IMG/VR virus record: IMGVR_UViG_3300033463_000075
Span: 1 to 64,000 of that record
Length of the DNA: 64,000 bases
Origin: a virus
Taxonomy: Duplodnaviria > Caudoviricetes
Reading direction: 5' to 3' (one strand)
Notes under the pieces: model-generated
What the model saw: the letters and a program-made list of their open reading frames with translations, nothing else
Told to the model about the DNA's origin: nothing
Databases searched by the model: none
In this document: positions 41,150-51,142 of the stretch, one piece after another
Position numbering within the stretch: position 1 is the first letter of the stretch
Layout: each line of letters begins with the position of its first letter
Made by a program: the position numbers and the translations under genes

Positions 41150-42658
41150 CTATTCTAATTCATCCATATTTACAGCAACACCTTTAATTGAGTCTTCCAT
41201 ATTAATACCAATTTTAAAGTCTTCAACACCTTCAATTGGCACAATTCTGATTAAACCTTTCATTGTTGCTTTTAATTTTGTATTAACTTTTACAAACTTA
41301 TAATCTTCAACACCTTCATCAGCTTTCATTCTCTTTAATGTTGGTTCTATAGCATCGCAGAATTTAATCCATAATAATGAACTATTTGGATCAAATGTAA
41401 ACTTCTTGCAGGCATAATATGTTTGTTTCTTTAATGTAGCTAGTAATTGTCTAATATTTAGGAAGTCACTAAACTTTAGTTCATCCCCAATAGCATTAGC
41501 TGTTCTATTACCATATAAATAATAATTATTATGTGATTTAATAATTAAATTAACAGCTTTTTTAATATTACCGTTGCCATTTCTTGGTTGTAATAAATCA
41601 GCAGCTAATTCACCAAAGTTATAGCCCGTTTGTAAAATGGTATATTTGCTTACGCCTCTTTCATATCCAGCAACTGGCCACCATTCATTATAACCTAAAT
41701 TACCAAATGCATTTGCAGCACAAGCTAAATAATAGAATGAACCTGGAAATACTGTATTTTCATAGTATTCGTCTTTTATATCTAAGCTAACATATGGTGC
41801 AAAGAAAGATGAAAACTTATTACTATCTGAAATTTTTGAAATATCAGCATTAATATTGGCAATAGTTTGTGATAGTGTTGTAGCACTACTAGGTGCATAA
41901 TTTATTTTAGATATATCCAATAAAGCGATAATATCTCCACGACCTGATGTTGTGTAATCCGCATTATTTATATAAGTAGCTAATTGTGCTATAGCATTAT
42001 TAGCTATTGTATTATTTTCAAGTAAACCAGTTAAAATATATCTAAATTGATAAACTGATTTATCCTTTAGTGGTTCTAGAAAAGCAATAATACTTTCACT
42101 ATCAGTTATATCAGCTATTGTTTCCAATTTTTTATATAAAACAGTATAGCCAAGACCAAGCAACTCATAGGCAATCTGATTACCATAATGAAGCTCACCA
42201 TCTGTACCTTCATTTCCCGGTGTAATTATAGCATAAAAAATTTCAACGCTACTTGATACACTTGGCTCAACTACTGCACGTTCATATTTATATTGCTTAT
42301 CGTGTAAATAGCCAACTGCAGGGCTACTTGCTTCAACAGCTATATAAAGTTGATTATTTCTAAAATATTCTAAAGCAAGGTCTAAATTAGCAGCAGTAAT
42401 AGTATTTTGGTTGCCAGACCAGCCATACTCAACATTTTCATAGAAATCAGGTCCTTTTGGATCATATCTTTGAGAAAGTTTTCCAACATACTTGATAAAA
42501 TCAGCCTGTGTGCTACACTCAAAAACACCGCTACTGTCAGCAACTTCTGCATATTTTTCAGTATTTTTTACAAAGCCTGGTACAACAACTGAAAAGTTAG
42601 CATATGCAGCTACGCCTGTTGTAGAAAGATCATATTCATTAATTATTACATTAGGCAT
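41150..42658 (-). CDS. contractile tail sheath protein
   Basis: MPNVIINEYDLS, WWPVAGYERG, YGNRT, LNIRQL, FDPN; Trp are TGG only. Confidence 0.9.
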   Translation of the reverse strand: MPNVIINEYDLSTTGVAAYANFSVVVPGFVKNTEKYAEVADSSGVFECSTQADFIKYVGKLSQRYDPKGPDFYENVEYGWSGNQNTITAANLDLALEYFRNNQLYIAVEASSPAVGYLHDKQYKYERAVVEPSVSSSVEIFYAIITPGNEGTDGELHYGNQIAYELLGLGYTVLYKKLETIADITDSESIIAFLEPLKDKSVYQFRYILTGLLENNTIANNAIAQLATYINNADYTTSGRGDIIALLDISKINYAPSSATTLSQTIANINADISKISDSNKFSSFFAPYVSLDIKDEYYENTVFPGSFYYLACAANAFGNLGYNEWWPVAGYERGVSKYTILQTGYNFGELAADLLQPRNGNGNIKKAVNLIIKSHNNYYLYGNRTANAIGDELKFSDFLNIRQLLATLKKQTYYACKKFTFDPNSSLLWIKFCDAIEPTLKRMKADEGVEDYKFVKVNTKLKATMKGLIRIVPIEGVEDFKIGINMEDSIKGVAVNMDELE

Positions 42659-42708
42659 TTTTTTCTTTTTCTCCTTAAAATTTGATAGGTGTTATCCTAA
42701 ATATCAAT

Positions 42709-42718
42709 TAATTTAGCA
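42709..42718 (-). promoter_or_regulatory. putative phage late promoter TGCTAAATTA (representative copy, upstream of sheath)
   Basis: Same motif 25-55 nt upstream of at least 10 late genes. Confidence 0.65.
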
Positions 42719-42736
42719 AATGATTTGCTTTAATTA

Positions 42737-43486
42737 TTACTTTTTTGTTTGTATAAGTTCTATATCCTCTATCTCACCAGACTCAGTAATTTTATTACTT
42801 ACTTCAATACCACCTTCTGTCTGACTTAATAGCTCTAATTCAGCTTCTGTAAAGATGCTGTCATCATCGATAAACATTCTTCAATTTTTTCTATATGGAA
42901 TACTAAATAAGAAGCCATCTTGAAGCTCAATAGATATTGTTCATCTAGTAAATTGACCTGTAAATAAACGCTCTGCAATATCACTTGTATCAGATACAGT
43001 GCTTAGCACTCTAAGGTTAGCTGTATGTTGTATAGCAAGATTATTATAAGGTATCTCAATGATTATCTTAGGATTATTTATAAGCTTAAATAAAAAGTTT
43101 CTAAGGTATTCATCGCCCTCTTCATATTTTTTAGTATAAATATCAAGTTTGTATTCAACAGTTACAGGTATAACATTCATCTGAATACTGTATTCTGCAT
43201 GCTTAGCTGTAGCTGGGTCTAGTAAGCGGCCATCTTTAGCATTTGCAAGACCTATTTTTAAGCCATCATAAGACATTGGTGTCTTAATATTTGTATCAAT
43301 ATTAAAGTCAGTATTACGTGACAAAGCTATAATGGGCAAGTCTATTGGCTTATCCTTTGAGTCATCTGCTTTTTCTTCAAACAAACGCTTTGTTTCATCA
43401 GGCTTAAGCACTCTAAGCTTGGATCCATCTGGTATTCATTTTTTTAGTTTTGCAACTATTATGTCATCATAATATCTAAAAGCCAT
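42737..43486 (-). CDS. tail terminator/sheath stabiliser (T4 gp15-like), 249 aa with TGA=Trp
   Basis: In-frame extension at both ends through TGA; LPIIALSR; position between neck and sheath. Confidence 0.65.
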
Positions 43487-43499
43487 TAATTATATTCCC

Positions 43500-43838
43500 T
43501 TATAATAAAAGTGGTGCATGTAATGCCATTAAAAAGATTTTACTACCAAAGTATTCACTATTGCCATAGGTTATAAAATTGGCGATATCTTCATATTTTT
43601 TTGTTTTAAATGTTAAAATTAGTGTCGCATTACCATCTGTGTTAAACTGTAAATCGTTTAATAATTGTAAGCATACTAATTTCAAATTAGTTTTATAGTG
43701 CATAAGCAAGTATTCATCAAGCTTTATTTCAGCTGCCCCATTATTATAACATAAGATAGCACTTTTGGCAGCTTTTTTTAGTCTTGGCTCAACATATGCT
43801 ATATTTTTATTTGGTGGATAGTCAAGTCTTATAACCAT
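43500..43838 (-). CDS. hypothetical protein (112 aa)
   Basis: ORF track. Confidence 0.65.
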   Translation of the reverse strand: MVIRLDYPPNKNIAYVEPRLKKAAKSAILCYNNGAAEIKLDEYLLMHYKTNLKLVCLQLLNDLQFNTDGNATLILTFKTKKYEDIANFITYGNSEYFGSKIFLMALHAPLLL

Positions 43839-43839
43839 A

Positions 43840-45753
43840 TTACTTTTCTATTATTTTAATATTACCAGCGTTAGCTATTTCATCACACAATGTTTGACAG
43901 TTTGTTCTATTAATATCAGTCCCAGCAAGTTTTTTATTAGCTATGTGTAGACCTTTAATAGTTGTAGGAGGTACACTATCAAAGTTGTAATCATAGCGCT
44001 CTAGCAAAGCATTTACATCAAAACCTTTATCATCTGTCGTGATAATATTAGCTATAAGCACAATATATAATGCAGCATCATTAGCATTTTTAATATTTAA
44101 GCTTTCTACATTGAGTGGGGCTTTTTCTTTCTTTACAAAATTATTAGCATCTGCTGGGAATAGTGTTTGTAGTGTAGTGATAACTGTTTGAATAGGCACA
44201 AGGGTATTGCCTCAAGTAGTAAGTACTTGTGTGTCATCCAATAAGTTGCCTGTAAATAAAGTTTTAATAAACACATCATCTGTTAATTTTTGTAAACGTT
44301 CATCATTTGTGCTTGCTTTACTATTTAAGGCTTGCTTTTGTACTTCTAAATATTGTTCGGCTAGCTCTTGGTCAAGACTATAGAATAGCTTGCAGAATAT
44401 TAAGTTTCCAGCATTAAGTATATCTGGATCCTTTAAGTCAGTGTCTTTTAAATTACCTTTTCTGTAAGCCTCATATATAGCTCTAAATCCATCACTAGTT
44501 ATATCTATAGTGCTAATTGTATTTTTTAGAAATGCTAAAAGTGGATTAGTAGCGCTATTAAAACCAAGCGCCATTAAGACATGTGTTAACGCAGCCGGGA
44601 ATCGACTAAGCTTTTCAAAAGCTTTAATATAAGGAGGGTCTGGCCATTCGACTTTTAGATATAAATCAAAAGCTTTATTAGAATCATATACTGTATTTGT
44701 TGGCACATTTAATAAAATAGTTTTGTTTTTTCCATTTATACCAGCAATTTCTGCTGCAGTTAAGGTTGTTTGTCCGCCTTGGCTCTTAGCAATTCTATCA
44801 AACAATGCAGCTCAGTCTATTGCAGGTGCGTCTGCTTTTTCAGCTCTACGTTGTATATCTCCTTTATCTTCTTTTCCAAATTCTTTGGCAGAATTTTTAT
44901 TTGCCTTTTTTCGTGCTTGTTGTGCTTGTATAGTCTTTATGTCAGCTAATATCGGATAGCATACTTTATATAAGTCATTAATTTTATTAGCTAGTGCAGT
45001 AATGTTCTTATCAAGAGCATCAGATACTTTAATGCTATTAGCATCATTGGCATTTAATAGACTTTTTATTGCAGCATTATTTAATAAACCTTGACTAAAT
45101 GCACTGATATTGTCAGCAAGTTCTGTAAGCAATTCTTTATAGTTTTCAAAAACAGCAGGAGATCTGAAGCTTAAACCATTCTTACTATTAACTGAAATAA
45201 TATTATATATTGCATCAAAGTATTCTTTAGCTGTATTTAAGCTTTCTTTAGTATTATCTTTAATAGTTAATGTTCTTAATACAGCGAGTATTTTATTTAG
45301 GTCTGTTTCAAATTCTTTTATGCTATCTTTTGCCACATCACCTGCGTCATCTCTATCTTGCCACTTTCTACATAAAGTTTCTATATCTGCTCTATTTTTA
45401 ACATTATCAGCTACATTATTATCAAAAAATTTTCGTATCTCAGATATAGCACCCATAATTTTTTCACGGCTGCCTTTATTTGATTGCTCCGTTTCAAGTT
45501 TTGCAAGATAATTATTTGCAAGGTCATCTGCAGCATTGTCAGTTCTTGAAATAAGGTCTTGTATATGATCTAACGCATATTTTACTGAATTTAATTGTTT
45601 TGTTACAGTAGTTATAATACTATCAGCTTCAGCTGTATTTACTTCTTGTGTTTGTGTAGCCGCTTGTGGCTGAGCCTCTGCTTCGCCGGCTTCAAGCAAA
45701 ACAAATCTTGCTTTAGATTCATCTAATATAAACTTTTCGTTTAACTCAAACAT
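43840..45753 (-). CDS. large helical late protein (637 aa, two TGA=Trp)
   Basis: Three track ORFs join in frame; start MFELNEKFILDE with L-x-E motifs. Confidence 0.65.
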
Positions 45754-45754
45754 A

Positions 45755-46264
45755 TTAGTCGTCTTCCTCGTTATCAATAAGCATTGTAAAGTTTTCTTGC
45801 TTGAAGTCGTGCACTAAGTTAGGCTCGTCTCTATCAAAGTATTCAGGAGCAATAGCACAAGTAATAGCATAAGGATATACCATTATTGTTTGCATACTGA
45901 TTACACGGAATACTCTTCCTTCAGCATTATCTATACCACTTGGCACAATAAATAAAGCACCTACTTGAATATCAGCTAAGTCATAAGGTACTTCTATTAG
46001 TATTTCATTCTCTTGAAGCTCAGCTACCCAGCCCATCTTTTTCATTGTCTTTTGGTCTGGGTGTTCATGGAATATAGTAGGCACTATAACACCAGGTTGA
46101 TAGTTAGCTTCTAAGTCTCCATGGGCATCAAAAGTCTTTCCTTGGATAGGAGCTCGATAAATGCAATTTATACCATGAAATTTTGCAAATTCCTTAAAAT
46201 GTTTTCTATGAAGCTTAATATCTTTATTAAGCAGTATACCGTACTTATCGAATTCCTTTTCCAT
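45755..46264 (-). CDS. neck/head-closure protein (T4 gp14-like)
   Basis: Position next to head-tail adaptor; GALFIVP...FRV. Confidence 0.5.
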   Translation of the reverse strand: MEKEFDKYGILLNKDIKLHRKHFKEFAKFHGINCIYRAPIQGKTFDAHGDLEANYQPGVIVPTIFHEHPDQKTMKKMGWVAELQENEILIEVPYDLADIQVGALFIVPSGIDNAEGRVFRVISMQTIMVYPYAITCAIAPEYFDRDEPNLVHDFKQENFTMLIDNEEDD

Positions 46265-46276
46265 TATTATATATTA

Positions 46277-48496
46277 TTATTTAATTAGTCCTTCAACTAA
46301 TGTTTCACCAATGTGATAGTTGTATGAGAAGCTTTCTGCCATCATAGGTGCATCTTTACATCCTTTGCAGTTTAATACAAACACACCATCATCAGCTAAG
46401 TCATTATTTACGCCCTTAAGTTCAATAATAACAGCATCTGGTGTTTCATCACATACGCATTCATTAAAGATATATCTTGTTGCTTTTTGTTTTCCAGACT
46501 TAAAGTTAATTGTTCCTTCAACTACTAAATCTTTTTGTTCATTAATAGCTTTAGAAGCTAACTTAAAGTTTTCTACATTTGAATAAACTTCTTGTAAAGA
46601 TTTATTTAAGCATTCTTCAATAGAAGCATCATCAATTTCACCTAATAGAGCAACTACTTCTTCATCATCATTAGCTTCTTCTTCAGCTTCTTCAGGTTGC
46701 TCTTCTTTTACTGTCTCTTCAGCAACTTCTTCAGTTTCTTCATCAGCTTTTGCTTCAACTGCATTATCTACAGCTTCATCAGCTAAATCAGCAACTCTAT
46801 CTTGGATTTCACCATCAAGCTTAACTTCTTCAGCAGGGATGTCATTTTCAATAGATACTGTTTCTTCAGCAGCTTGTTCAGCAACATCTTCTGCAATATC
46901 TTTAACTTCTTCAGCTGTGAATGTGGCATCTTCTGTAGGTTGTTCTTCAGTTTCTGTATTAGCTTCATCTTCAGCTGTTTCTTCTTCGGCTGGTGTTTCT
47001 TCTACTTCAGCTACTTCTACTTCTTCTTGGGCTTCTGGTGCGTCCTCAGCAGCATTTTCCTCAGCAGCTTTATCTTCTTCAGCTTCTTGTAGAGGTTGCT
47101 TATCACATTCTTCTAATGGCTTTTCTTCACCTTTACCATTTTCACAAGCTTCAGACATTCTGTTTAATGCTTCCAAATATTTTGAAACTTCTTCATCAGA
47201 AATTGGCTTCTTGAATTCTGGGCTATCTAATAGGTCATCTAATTGTCCTTCAGCTTTAGAAGCTTCTGTTAAACCTTCGTCAACTTCTTCACCTTCAGCA
47301 AGGCCTAAGTATTCTAATACTTGATCTCCATCAAACCATAGAATATCATTAATCTTTGTTAATGTTAAGTCATTGCCATCTGGGAAGCTATCTTTTAGGT
47401 AATCTTCAAATGCTTCAACTGCATCAGCTTCTACAATTTTATTCCAAGTATCTACAGCTCCTTGCCATGGTTCATAAACATCAGCTAAATCTACTTCAAC
47501 TGTAACACCTTCATTAAGTGTTAAATTTTCAGATTTATTTTCTGTTGCAAGCTCTGAGTTCTTTTCAGCGTCTTTTAAAAGCTCTGAATTATTGATACTT
47601 TCATCCATATCATTCAAAGCATCTAATACTTTTTCTGTAGTCTCATCAGTTGCAGTTTCATTATCAGCAACTTCTTCTTCAGCTTCAATTTCAGCTTGTG
47701 CGTCAGCTACATCATCAGTTGTAATTTCTTCAGCTGGAAGGTCTTCATTTAATGTAAGATTTTCAGACTTGTTTTCAGTTGCTAATTCGCTATTCTTTTC
47801 AGCATCTTTTAATAGTTCTGAATTATTTAAGCTTTCATTAGTTTCTTCTTTTTCTTCCTCTTCCTCAGCTGGAAGTTCTGGTAGTTCTGGAAGCTCTTCT
47901 GTATTTTCTTCTGCAGGTGCTTCTTCTTGTGCTGGTTCTTCAGCAGGTTGTTCTTCATCATTTGCTTCAGCCTTAGCATCTAAGATGTCTTCTACTTCAT
48001 CAGTATCATACTTATCGGCTTCGTCTTCACCAACTTTGTCTACCTTACCAACTAATGTATATCCTGAAGTATTTCCGCAGTGTTGACAAACTTCATTAAT
48101 GTTTACAACATCTGGGTTCTCCTCAGAGTATTCAATGTCTTCTGGGTTTTTGTAGAATAATGTCATACATTGTGGGCATTGCACAATCATCTTACCAACA
48201 TAAGAAGGAAGAATATCATCCTCTGTTTCAGCATCTAAATCAACAATCTTTTCGATTCTTGCCAATTTAGCTTTAGCTACTTCAGCCTCTCTTTCTTCCT
48301 TAGCTGTATCAACATCTTCTGCACTGTTTAGGTCATAGTATTCTTCAAACAATACATCTGTTTGAGGCACTACTCTCATTGATTCCTTTAGGTCAATTCT
48401 ATTTGGCACAATACCGCCAGATACCTTAGGAACATCAATTTCCTCTAAAGCTTTAAAAGCGGCTTCCATATTAAATTTGCTAACAGGCTCTTTCAT
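46277..48496 (-). CDS. very acidic prohead core/scaffold-like protein with zinc ribbon and internal 31-aa duplication
   Basis: CPQC...CQHC; ES(L/I)NNSELLKDAEKNSELATENKSENLTLNE twice; many L-x-E motifs. Confidence 0.55.
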   Translation of the reverse strand: MKEPVSKFNMEAAFKALEEIDVPKVSGGIVPNRIDLKESMRVVPQTDVLFEEYYDLNSAEDVDTAKEEREAEVAKAKLARIEKIVDLDAETEDDILPSYVGKMIVQCPQCMTLFYKNPEDIEYSEENPDVVNINEVCQHCGNTSGYTLVGKVDKVGEDEADKYDTDEVEDILDAKAEANDEEQPAEEPAQEEAPAEENTEELPELPELPAEEEEEKEETNESLNNSELLKDAEKNSELATENKSENLTLNEDLPAEEITTDDVADAQAEIEAEEEVADNETATDETTEKVLDALNDMDESINNSELLKDAEKNSELATENKSENLTLNEGVTVEVDLADVYEPWQGAVDTWNKIVEADAVEAFEDYLKDSFPDGNDLTLTKINDILWFDGDQVLEYLGLAEGEEVDEGLTEASKAEGQLDDLLDSPEFKKPISDEEVSKYLEALNRMSEACENGKGEEKPLEECDKQPLQEAEEDKAAEENAAEDAPEAQEEVEVAEVEETPAEEETAEDEANTETEEQPTEDATFTAEEVKDIAEDVAEQAAEETVSIENDIPAEEVKLDGEIQDRVADLADEAVDNAVEAKADEETEEVAEETVKEEQPEEAEEEANDDEEVVALLGEIDDASIEECLNKSLQEVYSNVENFKLASKAINEQKDLVVEGTINFKSGKQKATRYIFNECVCDETPDAVIIELKGVNNDLADDGVFVLNCKGCKDAPMMAESFSYNYHIGETLVEGLIK

Positions 48497-48534
48497 TTTA
48501 TTTCTCCTTATTTAATAAGTTTTATTTTTTATTT

Positions 48535-49257
48535 TTAGTAACTTCCTGAACTTATAGGTCCAATTAAGTTAGAATTATCTCTTAATCTGTCTCTTAATTC
48601 TTTTAGCTCTTCATTGCCCTCGGCAAGAAGTGCATCACCATCTTGCTCCCATTGAGCACCTGAATGTTTAAATCTTGATCTAATCCTGCCTTCCCAGATC
48701 TTTGCTGTTGCAACACACATTCTTGTTATAATATCAATCCAGTAATCACTTTCTACATCTTCAATAGTTGGTATCTTTGGAATATACTCAATAGTTACCA
48801 TTCCAGGGTTTGCCATATAGTTATTGATGTATAGCTTTTTTTCATGTGTATCTTCTATAAAAGACATATCTGTTGAAAGTGTATTTCTAATTTGGTTTAG
48901 TGTGCTCCAAGAAGCATAGTTTAAAATATACTCGCTTAGGTTATACATAGTTCCGCCAGAGCTAAATAATAATCATTGTTGAGCATAAGCAGGGTCAAGC
49001 AAGTCAGTGCCACCTGTAGAAGATCCTACAGCAGCTGTTCTATAAACCTTTACAACTGAGCTGCAATTAAAGTCTTTCAAGTCAATGCACTTAGCAAAAG
49101 GCACAGTAATGAACTTTGACTCATCCCAATAGCGGCCAACTTCTCTTAGCACTTGGTTTACAATAGCTTTATATTGAGCATCTTCTAAATCGCTTTCAAG
49201 CACACCGCCACCAGTAATTGCATTACGAGTTTCTTCTATTAAATCTTGTAGCTCCAT
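48535..49257 (-). CDS. neck/head-tail adaptor protein (T4 gp13-like), 240 aa with TGA=Trp
   Basis: Two ORFs fuse at TGA 48973; KIWEGRIRSRF...DGDALLAEGNEEL; late promoter at 49311. Confidence 0.7.
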
Positions 49258-49340
49258 TAGTTCTCCTCTTATATTTTATATAAGTTTGTGTATATCACAA
49301 ACCAGCTAATTAATTTAGCAGAAAATGCAGCTAAACAAAT

Positions 49341-49372
49341 AAAAAATAAAGCAACTTGCGCTGCTTTATTAA
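49341..49372 (-). terminator. intrinsic terminator ending the LRR/glycosylation operon
   Basis: AATAAAGCA/TGCTTTATT stem with tract. Confidence 0.65.
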
Positions 49373-49392
49373 AATGTGGCTGATATTTAGTT

Positions 49393-50241
49393 TTATTTTA
49401 AGTTATTAGCATTTGGTATAACCATATGCAAATTATAAGCTTCATTAAATTCAATAATAGTATTAGCTATACTTGCAACTCACTCTTTGAAGCCTACATA
49501 AGTTTTTGGTAGCTCCACTCTACTGTAGAAAGGCCAATCTGTTCTATTTCTTGTGGTGAAGTGTCATACTTTAATAGAAGGGTCATCTCACATGTAGCCG
49601 CAGTTTTCTAAGTGGTTCATAGCTCCATAATGATAGTCTAAGTGAAGCTCTGGGTGCTTATTCCAATCTCTGTACCAGTAGTTTAAAACACTTTGATCAT
49701 GTCAAGAAACATTTGGGTTTAAGTCATCTATGTATCTAACTAAGTTATGTCCTAAATGAGGGTTTTCTTTAAAGTCTCATACAAACATACCTGAGCAAAA
49801 AATAGAAGCTCCCAAAGTATACTCAGTAATAAGTGGCTTTGGTGATCTATCTATAACTGCTGTCATGTGTGGCATATCCATAACTTCATCTATATTTTGC
49901 TTAATTCATTGGTCAGTGTCTAAATAAACTATCTTGTCAAACTTTTCCTCAACTTGTGTGTCAAATAAAGCTAGCTTAGGGAATGCACTTTTATATCAAG
50001 CTGTTAATCCACTTTCGTTAGTATTCTTGAGGGTACTTGTTGATAGTATAAAATTTGTATTAAGCTCTAATATGTTTATACCAACAGCTTGTAAAATCTG
50101 TCTTGTATTAGCATTAACATCTTTTGTTATGGCACAATAAATAGGGTACTTAGTTTTAGTATCCAATAGGTTTTTATACGCACCTAAAAGCATATAAATA
50201 TAATAGTCATTAGAGCTTAAGAAAAACATTCAAGCATTCAT
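49393..50241 (-). CDS. glycosyltransferase family 8 (282 aa, many TGA=Trp)
   Basis: YLDTD DxD motif, FCSGMFVW, WHDQSVLN, HF; open only with TGA=Trp. Confidence 0.85.
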
Positions 50242-50254
50242 ATTAAATTATACA

Positions 50255-51133
50255 TTAAAAATATAAATAATTAGTTTTATGAGCACCTGAAACTTGTATA
50301 CCAATTCTTGGCTTAGACTTAACAAATATCCTATCGTCGCTTGTTTTTGGAGGAGCCAGTGTTGGGTTAACTTTAACTTCAGGTATACTTCTTTGATAGT
50401 CTTCAATAAATTTATGAATATCTGTAGGCAGTTCTCCATGCTCTTTGATATATCTTAAGATAGCATGAGTATTGCTTACTAAGTGGTTTGTTCTAAGGCC
50501 TGGCTGTCTGTTTCAAGTAGAAGGCACAGGCTCATTTTTGTTTAGAAACTGCACATGAGTTATAGTTTCAGGAGGCATAAACTCGCAAGCAGCAAATTTA
50601 ACATGCAAATAATAAGCATATGTATGGTCTTCAAAAGCTTCGTTCTTTTGCGGATCTACATCAACATAAGGTGCTTTTTCAAATACGTACCTAGAAATTG
50701 CACATAAATTTAGCTGTGCAGCCTTATAATCATCAAATGTATAGTTCTTAATTCCTGAGTGAATAAAGCAGAAGCCATTTGGGTGAGCATCAATAGCTTT
50801 CATATAGTCATCTGCTGCAGTCTCTGCTGAGCATTCTATAATGGCATCATCATCAAAAGTAATTATATAATCATAGTCAAGATTTAAAAATTCCTCTCTT
50901 AAAGCTTTTCTTGCACCTAAAATTCCAAGCGGATTATATCTTTTAACTATTATTTTATTACTCACTTTTGGTACCTTTAGTCTGCCTCAGTTTTGAGCTA
51001 CTATTAAGATGTCAATATCTGGTCATAGCTCATTAAGTTGCTTAATAAGTCTATCTAATCTTGCTTTTCTTTCTTTTCTAGCTTGTTCTTCATCTGGAAG
51101 TCAGCTAATAATTCCAAAACATTTTTTTAACAT
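50255..51133 (-). CDS. GT-A fold glycosyltransferase (GT2-like), 292 aa with TGA=Trp
   Basis: ILIVAQNW, GILGAR, ITFDDD, FED. Confidence 0.7.
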
Positions 51134-51142
51134 TATATTCCT

